From a bacterium (GTDB lineage Bacteria; UBA8248), in contig OY843592.1 of assembly GCA_963692865.2 (NCBI GenBank), positions 1,824,001 through 1,888,000 on the forward strand: a DNA stretch of 64,000 bases, given 5' to 3'. Every line of letters starts with the position of its first letter. The first letter of the stretch is position 1. Positions 27,343-37,723 of this stretch are shown piece by piece. Made by a program: the position numbers and the translations under genes. The notes beneath the pieces were generated by a model. The model searched no databases. It was not told where the DNA came from and saw nothing but the letters and a program-made list of their open reading frames with translations.

Positions 27343-29097
27343 CTATTTCTCGGGGATCACCGGCAGCATCACGTAGGACTCGTGTTCCCCGCCGCAGTGG
27401 AGCGTCACGTTCTTGCCGAACACATCGGGCGGCCTGTCCTTGGGGTCGTTGTGAATGAAGCATCCGCAGCCGGTGAACTCGTTTTTCATGTTGGAAAGGC
27501 CGCCGCCCGAGCCGCCGGGGTACACGTAGTCCTTTCCGCGCACCGTGAAGGCGACCCGGTAGCCCTCGGGTATCACGATGCAGGTCGGCCATATTTCGAT
27601 GTCCAGTTCATAGACCTCGCCCGGCGTCAGGGGCTGTTCCTCATCGTGGGTGTGATAGGGCCTGTAGGGCAGGGTCTTTTCGGGATCGAGTTTTCGGTGC
27701 GAAGCCCGCAGCCAGCCCTGCGCGATGGGGGTGTGCGGGTCGAGCGCGCCCTGGAAGACGACCTCTTCCATGTCCGGCGTGAACACGCGCACGACGAGGA
27801 ACATGTCCGCATCCCTGGTCTCGGACGACACGAAGAGCTTGGCCGCGATGGGGCCGGTGACTTCCGTTTCTTCCGATACGGGCGGCGTGACGAAAGTGAC
27901 GCCCTCGCTGAAGCCCGCGTAGGTGGTCGTCGCCGCCTCTTCGACGGGGGCGTCTTCCAGCGAGTGGGTCTTCGCGTTCAGGTAAAATTTCGTCCACTGC
28001 GTCCTGGCGAGAGGCCATTCGTTCTCGTGCCGCTCGACGAAGCGCTCGCCGGGGTGCCGCACCTGGAGCAGAACCCGGGGCTGATCCGGCCAGCCGGTGT
28101 CCTCGCCCTTCAGGTAATGGCCGAAGAATTTCTTCTGCATGTTGACGCCGTAGTCGGTGTAGAACTCAGTCCAGTGCTCGATGCCGTGGACCTCGAGCCA
28201 TTTCTCCTCGCATCCGGTTTCGAGAAAGCCCTCGAAGTTCCCGCGCGGATGGAGCCCCTGCCCGCCCCAGTTGGCGGAAGATAGGAGCGGCGCCTGGATT
28301 TTGCTGAAGTCCGGCATCCGTGACTGCCAGTATTCATCCGTACTGAGCTTGTGGGAGAAACAATCCTCGCCGAAATCGTTTCGGTTCGCGCCGAGTTCCT
28401 CCTCGGTGAGGGTAATTGGGCCGGATACCCAATCGCCCGTGAAGCGGCTCTTGAAGCCGCGCGTGCCGCGCCCGTGCTGGACGGTGTAGACCTGCATCTC
28501 GGACCAGTTGCGCGCGAAGCCGTTACAGAAGATGCCGCCGTGGTGGGCCATCTCGCGGTAATAATCAGCCGCGCCCTCCCAGACGCACATGGCGGCGAGG
28601 TGGGGCGGCTGGAGCATGCCCACCTGCCACTGGTTCATGCCGTAATAGGAGATGCCGTTCAGCCCGATCTTTCCCGTGCTCCAGGACTGCACCGCCGCCC
28701 ATTCGATGCACTCGTACAGGTCCTGCGCCTCGCGCGCCGACCAGATGTCGATGACGCCCGGCGAACGGCCCGCGCCGCGCGAATCCACGCGGATGCAGAC
28801 GTAGCCGTCCGGCACCCATTTCTCGGGGTCCACGACCTCCCAGTTCTGGTACTTGTTGGTGGAGCCTGCGGGCACGTCGGGGTGTTGCTCTACCATGCGC
28901 GTCCAGCAGGTCTCATACAAATCCTCGAAATGCAGGTATTTTCCGTACGGGCCGTACGTCAGGATGACGGGGTATTTCCCTTCATCGTCCTGGGGGCGGT
29001 AGACGTCGCAGCGCAGGACGACGCCGTCTTCCATGGGAATGGGCGCGTCCCAGTCGATGCGCATTCCGTCCCTGTCTTCGGTCTTGAAATCGCTCAT
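27343..29097 (-). CDS. CocE/NonD family hydrolase (paralog 2)
   Basis: Same motifs; colinear with paralog 1. Confidence 0.9.
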   Translation of the reverse strand: MSDFKTEDRDGMRIDWDAPIPMEDGVVLRCDVYRPQDDEGKYPVILTYGPYGKYLHFEDLYETCWTRMVEQHPDVPAGSTNKYQNWEVVDPEKWVPDGYVCIRVDSRGAGRSPGVIDIWSAREAQDLYECIEWAAVQSWSTGKIGLNGISYYGMNQWQVGMLQPPHLAAMCVWEGAADYYREMAHHGGIFCNGFARNWSEMQVYTVQHGRGTRGFKSRFTGDWVSGPITLTEEELGANRNDFGEDCFSHKLSTDEYWQSRMPDFSKIQAPLLSSANWGGQGLHPRGNFEGFLETGCEEKWLEVHGIEHWTEFYTDYGVNMQKKFFGHYLKGEDTGWPDQPRVLLQVRHPGERFVERHENEWPLARTQWTKFYLNAKTHSLEDAPVEEAATTTYAGFSEGVTFVTPPVSEETEVTGPIAAKLFVSSETRDADMFLVVRVFTPDMEEVVFQGALDPHTPIAQGWLRASHRKLDPEKTLPYRPYHTHDEEQPLTPGEVYELDIEIWPTCIVIPEGYRVAFTVRGKDYVYPGGSGGGLSNMKNEFTGCGCFIHNDPKDRPPDVFGKNVTLHCGGEHESYVMLPVIPEK

Positions 29098-29289
29098 TCG
29101 GTCTTTCTCCTCGGCTCAACGAAAATGTTTGAGTGCAGGCGGCGCGAGTGGCCGCCCTGAAAGTTTGGTTGTCGTATCGGTGAACGCGGCGATTATAACG
29201 GCCTTGCGCCTCGTGATCCAGATGCGGGAGTCATTCAGGATCGATATTTCGGCGGGAGCGGATAGGCGCGCGTTCAGCTTGGAGGCGGG

Positions 29290-29740
29290 GATGCCCGCAG
29301 GGGCCGTTCCCGAACGGCCCCTACCACCCTTTTGAGGAGTATGCCGACCGGAAAGGGATCAGGAATCAAGAATCACGCCCCCCTGGAGGGGATGTTGAAA
29401 AACTCCACCAATCGAGAGTGTTCACCGTCATTCCGGCGAAAGCCGGAATCCATTTTACGCCTTTTGCCTTTCGCCAGGGTTCCCGCGCATTGGAAGGGAA
29501 TGAAACGCCGCCGTTCATTCACCCGCATCTGTAAATGGATTCCGGCTTTCGCCGGAATGACGATCAAAAACGCATTCACCCGTAGGGGCGGCCCCCGTGG
29601 CCGCTCGCATCGGATATGTCCATCCCCATGGTTGTGCTTCGTGGGGGCCTCGGACAGGCACGGGAGCCTGTCCCTACAAACCCTCTATTTGCAGGACCCT
29701 ATGCGGACTTTTTCAACACCCCCCTCAAGGGGGGAGTGAT
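29290..29740. repeat. REP/MITE mosaic
   Basis: ATGTTGAAAAA...TTTTTCAACA ends enclose a GTCATTCCGGCGAAAGCCGGAATCC doublet and GTAG REPs. Confidence 0.85.
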
Positions 29741-29870
29741 TTAGACGACTCGTATTTTTAGGCTGCTCCTCCCCACTCCATCGCGGATGTCACCGACGCT
29801 TGCCTCGTTGTCAGGCACGGGCGCAAAGCAACGCCGGGTAGTCATGCGGGAGCATCATCTCCTCGTTCCG

Positions 29871-31193
29871 TTATCCGGCGAAGTGCTCCATCGCGGCGAA
29901 TCCAAGACCCATCAGCGCCGCGACGCCCAGGGTTCTCATGAGAGACTGGCGCCGCCACAGGAGCATGATCGCGCTCACTGAGCCCACGAGGAGAACCCGC
30001 CGGTCCAGGGAACCCCAGACCGGCGCCAGGAGCTTGACCGGGCCGATTTGCCGTGAGGGCAGTTCGGCGAACAGGACATGCAGGCCGAACCATATGGAGA
30101 GGTTGAGAATGACGCCCACCACCGCCGCCGTAATCGACTCCAGGGCGCCTTTCAGCCTCGGCTGGGCCGTGAGTTGCTCGATATAGGGCGCGCCCGCGAA
30201 TATCCACAGGAAACAGGGCGCGAACGTGACCCATAGCGTAACCAGCGCGCCGGCGATTCCCATGCTCACCCCGCCCGCCCGGTACGCTGCGACGTAGCCG
30301 ACGAACTCCGTGACCAGGATCAGTGGCCCCGGCGTGGTTTCCGCCAGCCCCAGGCCGTCCATCATTTCACCGGCGCTCAACCAGCCCTTGTGGGTCACCA
30401 CGTCCTGCGCCAGATAGGCGAGCACCGCGTAGGCGCCGCCGAACGTGACCACCGCGAGGCGGGAGAAGAAATTGCCGATCCGCACCAGAATCTCGTAGCC
30501 GCCCACGGCCGTCAGCAGGAACACCGGTGTCCACCAGATAAGCATCCATATCGCCACCGTCCTCACCGTGCCGGATACCGACCCGCCGCCTCGACCCGTC
30601 TCGGTCTTTTCGGTGTTCTGGCCGCCCAGCATGAAAAATCCGAGCAGGGCGGATGCCAGTATAATGAGGGGGAACGGGAGCGACAGAAAGAAGATGGCCA
30701 CGAAAGCCAGGCCGGCGATGACCCAGTGCACGGCGGAATGCAGAGCTCTTTTCGAGACCCTCAGCAAGGCCTCCATCACGATGATCAGAACCGCGCCCTT
30801 GATCCCGAGAAACAGCGCGGTCATTACCGGCAGGTGGCCCGCGGCCATGTAGAGCATCGCCAGGCCGAGCACCACCAAAGCGCCCGGTACCACGAACAGG
30901 AGGCCCGCCAGCAACCCGCCGGGCACGCCGCGAAGCCGCCACCCCGCGTAGGTGGCGAGTTGCATGGCTTCGGGGCCGGGCAGCAGCATGCAGAAGCTGA
31001 GCGCGCCCAGGAACCTTTCCTCGTCGAGCAGCTTTTCCTCCTCCACGAGGATGCGGTGCATGACCGCTATCTGCGCCGCCGGGCCGCCGAAGGAGAGGAT
31101 GCCGATGCGCCAGAATACAGAGAGCATCCGGCGCCAGGAGATGTCGGATTCCCGATGCATGTCTCCGCCGTCGGAGTCTGCGGCGCCCATCAT
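29871..31193 (-). CDS. chrA: chromate efflux transporter (CHR family)
   Basis: SFGGPAAQIA, LPGPEA, TFGGAYA, ETTPGP; start uncertain. Confidence 0.9.
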   Translation of the reverse strand: MMGAADSDGGDMHRESDISWRRMLSVFWRIGILSFGGPAAQIAVMHRILVEEEKLLDEERFLGALSFCMLLPGPEAMQLATYAGWRLRGVPGGLLAGLLFVVPGALVVLGLAMLYMAAGHLPVMTALFLGIKGAVLIIVMEALLRVSKRALHSAVHWVIAGLAFVAIFFLSLPFPLIILASALLGFFMLGGQNTEKTETGRGGGSVSGTVRTVAIWMLIWWTPVFLLTAVGGYEILVRIGNFFSRLAVVTFGGAYAVLAYLAQDVVTHKGWLSAGEMMDGLGLAETTPGPLILVTEFVGYVAAYRAGGVSMGIAGALVTLWVTFAPCFLWIFAGAPYIEQLTAQPRLKGALESITAAVVGVILNLSIWFGLHVLFAELPSRQIGPVKLLAPVWGSLDRRVLLVGSVSAIMLLWRRQSLMRTLGVAALMGLGFAAMEHFAG

Positions 31194-31268
31194 TGTTCTC
31201 CTTGATCAGCCGGAATTGAGGCCGGAATCACACAGGTGTTCGTTCTCGTCCGAGAAGAAAAACGTCCC

Positions 31269-32300
31269 TTAATCCGTGCGGTAGATTTGCGTGATGGCCT
31301 GGCTCGAGGTGTTCCAACCCGGTATGACGAGGCAGGAAGGCCCTGGAATGCCGCCCGCGACGATGAGCAGGATGTCTTCGGGTTCGTGCACCATCGGGGC
31401 AAGGGAGTCGTCGTCTTCATGATCCACCCAGTCCGGCCAGCGCGATAGCTCGGGCCCCCGGTAGCGCCCGCCTTTTTTGAGGACGCCCACGGGCATTCTC
31501 GCCCGCTCGAAGAGTTCTCCTTTCACGTCCGCGCGGCTGAGTCCCCCTCTCGCCAGAATGTCGGCGTGATCAGGGGCGACGACGATCACCCAGTTCGTCT
31601 GCGTGTATGCCGTCGTGGCGCCCATCGCGCACATGGTGTTCGAGAGCGTGGTGAGGACGCCCTCGGGCCTGGCGCTCACGTCGTCCATCGCCATGCGCGG
31701 CGCTTCGGCGTTGCAGACGGTGAGGACGTTCTCATCCGGGCCGAAGCCGAAATCGCCCGGCATCGGCTCCCAGGGGCTTTGCTCCTCGTTCTCGCGGACG
31801 CAGTAGGTGAACTTGGAAGGACTGCCGAAGGTGCTCATGTCCGAGACGCCCGGGATGCCGCCTCCCAGGTTCATCATGATCAGCCTGATCGCGCGGCCGA
31901 TGGCGGCGTTCGCCCGGAAACCGGGGCCGAAGCATCCCGAACCTCCGTGGACGCCGATCTCCCGCGCGTATGGCCCGTTCAGGATCAGCAAAGGCCCGCC
32001 GGTGAACATGGTGGCCTGAATGCCCACGAGGTTGAAGCGCTCGACGAGCATGGCCTCTATGGCTCCCAGCACCACGGGCAGGTATTCGGGCTTACACCCC
32101 GCCATCAGCGCGTGAAGAGCGACGTTCTCCACCGTCGCCGTGTTCAGCGAGGGGGGGACGTCCCCCAGCACTTCGGCAGGGTCCCGGCCCGTGCCGCCCA
32201 GCATCCGGGCGAGGCGCTCCGGCGTGGGCGTCACCACGGGCAGCCCGTCCGACCATGGCATCTCGAAGAAAAACTCGAATGGGTCTTGCGCTTCGTTCAT
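31269..32300 (-). CDS. conserved hypothetical protein (WSDGLPVV.PT family)
   Basis: WSDGLPVVTPT, MAGCKPEY and RANAAIGRAIRL motifs; function unknown. Confidence 0.75.
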   Translation of the reverse strand: MNEAQDPFEFFFEMPWSDGLPVVTPTPERLARMLGGTGRDPAEVLGDVPPSLNTATVENVALHALMAGCKPEYLPVVLGAIEAMLVERFNLVGIQATMFTGGPLLILNGPYAREIGVHGGSGCFGPGFRANAAIGRAIRLIMMNLGGGIPGVSDMSTFGSPSKFTYCVRENEEQSPWEPMPGDFGFGPDENVLTVCNAEAPRMAMDDVSARPEGVLTTLSNTMCAMGATTAYTQTNWVIVVAPDHADILARGGLSRADVKGELFERARMPVGVLKKGGRYRGPELSRWPDWVDHEDDDSLAPMVHEPEDILLIVAGGIPGPSCLVIPGWNTSSQAITQIYRTD

Positions 32301-32314
32301 CGTGTGTCCTTACT

Positions 32315-32507
32315 GGGGGCTGTTGAAAAAGTCCCTTTTGGGCCGGATTGCCAATTGGCGTGTAGGGGCCGCATATATGCGGCCCACATGCCGCGAACCG
32401 GTCGGGTCGCATATATGTCGGACATATATGTCCGACCTGCAAAATCAACTCCATTTGCCACACCCTTCGCGTCAAATGCGATCGTATTGGGGTTTTTCAA
32501 CAACCCC
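32315..32507. mobile_element. ~190-bp MITE-like element carrying REPs
   Basis: GGGGCTGTTGAAAAA ... TTTTTCAACAACCCC terminal inverted repeats; the internal segment is shared with 16150-16222. Confidence 0.7.
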
Positions 32508-33448
32508 TACAGGGTGAGATTGTAGAACTTTCTCGCGTTCTCGAACGACACCTTGCGGATCGCTTCATCTGGGAGCCCTGCGTTTCGCATGGCGCGCAGC
32601 GTCTTGGGCACCGAGAGGATGTCGATGGGCCGGTATCCCAGGTGGTCGGAGTTCAGCATGATCCTGTCCGGCCCGAACTTCTCCACCCATTCGATGACCT
32701 GCGCGGGCTGGAGCGGCCTGAGCGCGCTGCCGATGCTGATGGCGCACATGGCGCGCGTATGCTCGTGGATGTGCCCGACCGTCGTGGCGTCGGTGTGATC
32801 GACGGCGACTTTGGCTTCATCGAAACCGGTCGTGCGGATGATTTCGAGGTCCTTCTGCATGTAGTGGAGCCGGATCTGCTCGGGCGGCACGCCCGCCTGA
32901 ACGGCGACGTCGCCGAGAAAATCCTTGCTCTTCTTGGGCGTCGGCGTATGTAGGATGATGGGCTTGTCGTATTTTTTCGCGAGTTCCGCCTGCGCTTCGA
33001 GACATGCGGCCTGTTCTTCCATCGGCCAGGTGAGGGAGAAATACTGCGTGGGGTCAAGGCCGATCTCGCCCAGGGCGACGACGCTTTCGTCTTCGAGAAA
33101 AGCAGGCATCTCCTCGATCAGCTTTTCCCAGTCGCTCACCCGCGTCATCGAGCTGATGCCGACCGCGCAGCTGATTTGAATGAAGTGCTGCGCCTCGAGA
33201 GCCCGGGCCATGTCGATGGGCCCCTCCCAGAAGCGCATGATGTCGTCGTAACCGGGCGCTTCCTCCCATACCTCGCGGTAGAGATGCGGGTTGCCGCAGG
33301 AGAGCACCGCCGCGCGCATGCCCGTCGTGCCGAGCAGTTCCCACTCGTCCCAGTTCAGGGCGTGCATGTGGTTGTGGCTGTCGATGTATTCGCCGAACAC
33401 CGGAACCTCTCCGCAGATTGGATGATTGAAGAGGCAACCTATCCGCAT
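32507..33448 (-). CDS. TatD-like metal-dependent hydrolase
   Basis: IDSHNH, ALGEIGLD, ILHTP, VDH, LNSD. Confidence 0.8.
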   Translation of the reverse strand: MRIGCLFNHPICGEVPVFGEYIDSHNHMHALNWDEWELLGTTGMRAAVLSCGNPHLYREVWEEAPGYDDIMRFWEGPIDMARALEAQHFIQISCAVGISSMTRVSDWEKLIEEMPAFLEDESVVALGEIGLDPTQYFSLTWPMEEQAACLEAQAELAKKYDKPIILHTPTPKKSKDFLGDVAVQAGVPPEQIRLHYMQKDLEIIRTTGFDEAKVAVDHTDATTVGHIHEHTRAMCAISIGSALRPLQPAQVIEWVEKFGPDRIMLNSDHLGYRPIDILSVPKTLRAMRNAGLPDEAIRKVSFENARKFYNLTL

Positions 33449-33562
33449 GGACACCGGCGGTCAAGAGGGAGGGTGAAAACAGGGTGCGGCGGGCCGGGGA
33501 GAACTCCCATAAACCAAACACCGGAGACGCCTGTCCCCGGCATTGGTGGGTTTCTGATTTTC

Positions 33563-33638
33563 TGGTGCGCGTGGCAGGAGTCGAACCTGCGACTTCCTGC
33601 TCCGGAGGCAGGCGCTCTATCCTCTGAGCTACACGCGC
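33563..33638 (-). tRNA. tRNA-Arg(CCG)
   Basis: GCGCGTG acceptor stem, anticodon arm CCTGC-CTCCGGA-GCAGG, T-arm GGTTCGACTCC, encoded CCA. Confidence 0.95.
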
Positions 33639-33668
33639 ATATTCATCAACTGCTATTGAGCCTCACCC

Positions 33669-33908
33669 CTAAATCATGGAGTGCGTGCCGTCGCACATGG
33701 GCGCGTTGCCCGTCTGCTTGCAGCCGCAAAAGGCGCAAGGTTTGCCCGCCTGTACGTCGAGGACGATGGGGCGGAATTCCGAACCCCTGTGCGAGCCGTC
33801 ACAAAAAGGCTGCGATTGGCTCATGCCGCACGCGCACCAGGCGACTTTCTCGTCCTTTTCCGGTTTATAGATATAGGGCGCTTTCTGGGCCACTTGGGGT
33901 TCGGCCAT
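33669..33908 (-). CDS. CDGSH iron-sulfur domain protein
   Basis: Two motifs: CACG.S..QPFCDGSH and CGCK.T..APMCDGTH. Confidence 0.92.
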   Translation of the reverse strand: MAEPQVAQKAPYIYKPEKDEKVAWCACGMSQSQPFCDGSHRGSEFRPIVLDVQAGKPCAFCGCKQTGNAPMCDGTHSMI

Positions 33909-33995
33909 GGTGGTCTCCTTTCTCCCCGCAAGGTAGGCGATATGATTTCGATTCGCTATTCTAGTCTGAATCATCGTCCATGAAAAGGAAGCCCG

Positions 33996-34637
33996 ATGCC
34001 CGCATCCACGCCCGCGCGTCTTCTTCGCATACTGGAGCAGACCTATCCCGACGCGCGCTGCGCGCTCGACTATCGGAATCCGCTCGAATTATTGATCGCG
34101 ACGATGCTCTCCGCCCAGTGCACCGACGAGCGGGTGAACATGGTCACCCCCGCCCTTTTCGCCCGCTATCCCGACGCCGCCTCGTTTGCGGAGGCTGCGC
34201 CCGCAGAGTTGGAAGAGTTGATCCACTCCTGCGGCTTCTACCGCCAGAAGGCCAAGTCCATACGCGCGTGCTGCCGCCGCCTCGTGGAGGAATACGGCGG
34301 CGAGGTGCCCGCCGGGATGGAGCACCTGGTGACGCTGCCCGGCGTAGGGCGCAAGACGGCCAACGTCGTCTTGAATGAGGTCTTCGGCGAGCCGGCCATC
34401 GCCGTGGATACGCACGTTCTGCGCACCGCGAACCGGCTGGGCTGGATATCAACGCGCGACCCGGTGAAGGCCGAGTTTCAGCTTCTGGACGCCGTTCCGA
34501 AGAAATGGCGGGGGCGCGTCACGCTTCTCCTGATCCACCACGGCAGAAACTGCTGTTCGGCGAGAAAGCCCCTTTGCTCGGATTGTCCGGTCCTGAAAGG
34601 CTGTCCGCATGGACGGGAGGCGCTTTCGGGCGGTTGA
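33996..34637 (+). CDS. nth: endonuclease III
   Basis: LSAQCTD, LPGVGRKTAN, AVDTHV and the C-X6-C-X2-C-X5-C cluster. Confidence 0.95.
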   Translation: MPASTPARLLRILEQTYPDARCALDYRNPLELLIATMLSAQCTDERVNMVTPALFARYPDAASFAEAAPAELEELIHSCGFYRQKAKSIRACCRRLVEEYGGEVPAGMEHLVTLPGVGRKTANVVLNEVFGEPAIAVDTHVLRTANRLGWISTRDPVKAEFQLLDAVPKKWRGRVTLLLIHHGRNCCSARKPLCSDCPVLKGCPHGREALSGG

Positions 34638-34744
34638 TTTTCGGGAATATGCGCATTCGACTGGACAATTCAAATTCCCTGTCCTTATAATCGCCTATCT
34701 TTTCATCCGCTTTCGAGGCTTGGCCCGCAATCCGGAGGTTATCC

Positions 34745-35743
34745 ATGGCCAATGGCGCAGCCGTCGGCACCGACACGATTTTGGAACTGAGAGACCTGCA
34801 CACCTACTTCCATACCCCCGAAGGCACGGTGCGCGCCGTGGACGGCGTGAGCTACAGCCTGAAGGCGGGCGAGACGCTCGGCGTCGTGGGGGAGTCGGGG
34901 TGCGGCAAGACGGTGACGGCGCTTTCGGTGCTTCGCCTCGTCCCCGAGCCGCCGGGCGAGATATTCGGCGACGGCATCTTTTTCGAGGGCCGCGACCTGA
35001 CGAAGCTCGACACCAAGGAGTTGCGCGAGATACGGGGCAACCACATCTCCATGATCTTCCAGGAGCCGATGACGAGCCTGAACCCGGTGTTCACCGTCGG
35101 CTTCCAGATCGCGGAAGCCGTCATGCTCCACCAGGGCATGTCGAAAAAAGACGCGATGGACAAGGCCGCCGAGATGCTCGACCTGGTCGGCATCCCCCTG
35201 CCGCGCCAGCGGGTGCGGGAATACCCCCACCAGCTTTCGGGCGGCATGCGGCAGCGCGCGATGATCGCCATGGCGCTCTCGTGCAACCCGAAAATCCTCC
35301 TGGCCGATGAGCCGACCACAGCGCTCGACGTGACCATCCAGGCGCAGATTCTCGACCTCATGGTGAAGCTGCAGGAGGAACTCGGCACGGCGGTCATCCT
35401 CATCACGCACGATCTGGGCCTCGTGGCCGAGACGTGCAAGCGCGTGGTCGTCATGTACGCCGGCAAGGTGGTCGAGGAGGCGCCGACGGAGGAGATATTC
35501 GGCAACCCGCTCCACCCCTACACCCGGGGCCTGCTCAATTCGATTCCCAAGCTCAACACCTCCAAGCCGGGCGAAAAAATCCGTCTGGAGGAGATCAAGG
35601 GCATCGTGCCCAGCCTGAACCGCCTGCCGACGGGTTGCAGCTTCAACCCGAGGTGCCCGGAGGTGAAGTCGATGTGCCTGGAGCACGAACCCGAACTCAA
35701 AGAGGTATCCCCCGGACACTTCGTCCGCTGCCTGCTGTATTAG
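34745..35743 (+). CDS. oligopeptide/dipeptide ABC ATPase (OppD/DppD-like)
   Basis: [25 protein letters not shown] and a C-terminal HPYT..C..C domain. Confidence 0.92.
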   Translation: MANGAAVGTDTILELRDLHTYFHTPEGTVRAVDGVSYSLKAGETLGVVGESGCGKTVTALSVLRLVPEPPGEIFGDGIFFEGRDLTKLDTKELREIRGNHISMIFQEPMTSLNPVFTVGFQIAEAVMLHQGMSKKDAMDKAAEMLDLVGIPLPRQRVREYPHQLSGGMRQRAMIAMALSCNPKILLADEPTTALDVTIQAQILDLMVKLQEELGTAVILITHDLGLVAETCKRVVVMYAGKVVEEAPTEEIFGNPLHPYTRGLLNSIPKLNTSKPGEKIRLEEIKGIVPSLNRLPTGCSFNPRCPEVKSMCLEHEPELKEVSPGHFVRCLLY

Positions 35744-35972
35744 CGCTTCCCCGTATCGAGGCCGCCCGGAATCATTTTCTCTCCTCCTCTTGGAGAAAAT
35801 GTGGATTTTGGGATATAGTCGCCTTTTTGCGGGCGTGGTTCTACGCACTGATTGATCTGATTTTGAATTCGCACGCGCGTGGCCGACGGCGAGCTTCCCC
35901 AACGCTGGGACTGGTTTTGGATCCGCCTCTCAAGGCCGCAGCGAGTGCAAATGCAGGAAAGGAAACACATAT

Positions 35973-37118
35973 ATGTCGCCGATTCGCATCGCCATCGCTG
36001 GCGTGGGGAACTGCGCGAGTTCCCTGCTCCAGGGCATCGAGTATTATCGCCACCATCCCGAGGAAGAATCGGGCCTCATGCACCGGGATCTGGGCGGCTA
36101 CGGGCCGGAGGACATTGAGGTCGCGGCGGCTTTCGACATCGACGTCCGCAAGGTGGGCCAGCCCCTGCACATGGCTGCCTTCGCCAAGCCCAACTGCACG
36201 AAGACCATCTGGGAGAATCTGCCCGACTACGGCGTAAACGTGCGGATGGGGCCCATCCTCGACGGCGTGGCGTCCCACATGGCGGAATACGCTTCGGATC
36301 GCTCTTTTCTGCCCGCCGAGGCCGAACCCTGCGACGTGGCGGCGGAGCTTCGCGAGAGCGGTGCTGAAATTTTATTGAACTTCATGCCGGTGGGTTCGGA
36401 GCAGGCGGCGCGCCATTACGCGGAAGCCGCGCTCGCGGCGGGCGTTTCCTTCATCAACTGCATGCCGGTCTTCATCGTCTCGGACCCCGAATGGGCGGGC
36501 CGCTTCACCCAGGCGGGTATTCCCGTGGTGGGAGACGACGTGAAGGCCCAGCTCGGTGCCACCATCCTGCACCGAACGCTCGCCAAACTGTGCGCGGACA
36601 GGGGCGTGAAGCTAAAGCGCACCTACCAGTTGAACACGGGCGGAAACACGGATTTCCTGAACATGCTGGAGCGCTCGCGCCTGAAATCGAAGAAAATCTC
36701 GAAAACGGACGCCGTTCAAAGCCAGTTGCCCGAACCTCTCGATTCGGACGACATCCACATCGGCCCTTCGGACTACGTGCCCTGGCAGGACGACAACAAG
36801 ATATGCTTTTTGAGAATCGAGGCGGAGGGCTTCGGCGGCGTGCCGCTCGAAATCGAGGCGCGCCTCTCGGTGGAGGATTCCCCCAACTCGGGCGGCGTCG
36901 TCATCGACGCGATTCGCCTCGCGCGCATCGCGCGCGACAGGGGCGAGGCGGGACCGCTCTACCCGGTGAGCGCCTACCTGATGAAGCACCCCCCCGTTCA
37001 GGTGCCCGATTCCGTCTCGCATATGATGATCGACGAGTTCATCGCGGGCGACCTGCGCGCGAGCGACCAGGTCGAGTTCAACGGAAACGGCCTGCCTGCG
37101 CGCTACGACCATAAATAA
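35973..37118 (+). CDS. ino1: myo-inositol-1-phosphate synthase
   Basis: GVGNCASSL, GDDVKAQLGAT, QLNTGGNTDFLNM, DSPNSGG. Confidence 0.93.
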   Translation: MSPIRIAIAGVGNCASSLLQGIEYYRHHPEEESGLMHRDLGGYGPEDIEVAAAFDIDVRKVGQPLHMAAFAKPNCTKTIWENLPDYGVNVRMGPILDGVASHMAEYASDRSFLPAEAEPCDVAAELRESGAEILLNFMPVGSEQAARHYAEAALAAGVSFINCMPVFIVSDPEWAGRFTQAGIPVVGDDVKAQLGATILHRTLAKLCADRGVKLKRTYQLNTGGNTDFLNMLERSRLKSKKISKTDAVQSQLPEPLDSDDIHIGPSDYVPWQDDNKICFLRIEAEGFGGVPLEIEARLSVEDSPNSGGVVIDAIRLARIARDRGEAGPLYPVSAYLMKHPPVQVPDSVSHMMIDEFIAGDLRASDQVEFNGNGLPARYDHK

Positions 37119-37138
37119 CGCCTACGCATCGAAGTAAT

Positions 37139-37170
37139 AAACCCCCGGGTTTGACGCCCGGGGGTTTTTG
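37139..37170 (+). terminator. intrinsic terminator (probably bidirectional)
   Basis: AAACCCCCGGG-loop-CCCGGGGGTTTTT between convergent genes. Confidence 0.8.
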
Positions 37171-37188
37171 TTTGACTTGGCGCGCGCA

Positions 37189-37599
37189 TCATCCCCCGCC
37201 GTAGGTTTCTCCCGCGCGTTCCGAGAGTTCGATACGCACGTCCTCGGGGCCGCGTATATAGGCCGTCGTCCTGCCGCCCATGCCCGAAGGCGATGGGTCG
37301 CGGATGAAGTCGGCTCCCGCTTCTTTCATCCGCGCGGCGAGGCCGTGTATGTCGTCCACGGCGAAGGAGAAGTGATCCAGGCCCATCACGGCGTCCGCGT
37401 GGTTCTCGCCGATGCGCTCGCCGGGCCGCACCCCTCTTAAGAAAAGCCTGGCCTCCCCGACGCGCACGACGGCGTTGGGCGCGCCGTGGAAATTATCTTC
37501 GCGGTAGATGACCTCGCCGCCGAATATCTTTTCGAAATAGGCGGCCATCCCCTCCAGGTCCCTGCAGATGATGTGCACGTGATCGAACGATAAGCGCAT
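37189..37599 (-). CDS. VOC/glyoxalase family protein
   Basis: FDHVHI, LDHFSFAVDD, GPEDVRIEL. Confidence 0.88.
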   Translation of the reverse strand: MRLSFDHVHIICRDLEGMAAYFEKIFGGEVIYREDNFHGAPNAVVRVGEARLFLRGVRPGERIGENHADAVMGLDHFSFAVDDIHGLAARMKEAGADFIRDPSPSGMGGRTTAYIRGPEDVRIELSERAGETYGGG

Positions 37600-37723
37600 T
37601 TGCTCCCCCTTTGCATGAACGGCGGAAACATGTCTGTAGATACGAGGCCAATGTCGCCCGTCCGGGGGCGTGTGGTCAATCGCTCCCGTCGTGTAGAATG
37701 ATGCGTCTCAAGAGGAGGTGCGC

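Noticed and set aside
31269-32300. Selenoprotein read-through near this family
   Set aside because: I found no in-frame TGA or adjacent split ORF.
3340-32507. Recurrent palindromic repeats as a CRISPR array
   Set aside because: The repeats are dispersed, variably oriented and irregularly spaced, with no unique fixed-length spacers and no cas genes; they fit REP/MITE elements.
33563-33638. tRNA-Arg as an integration site
   Set aside because: I saw no duplicated tRNA 3' end and no integrase in the window.
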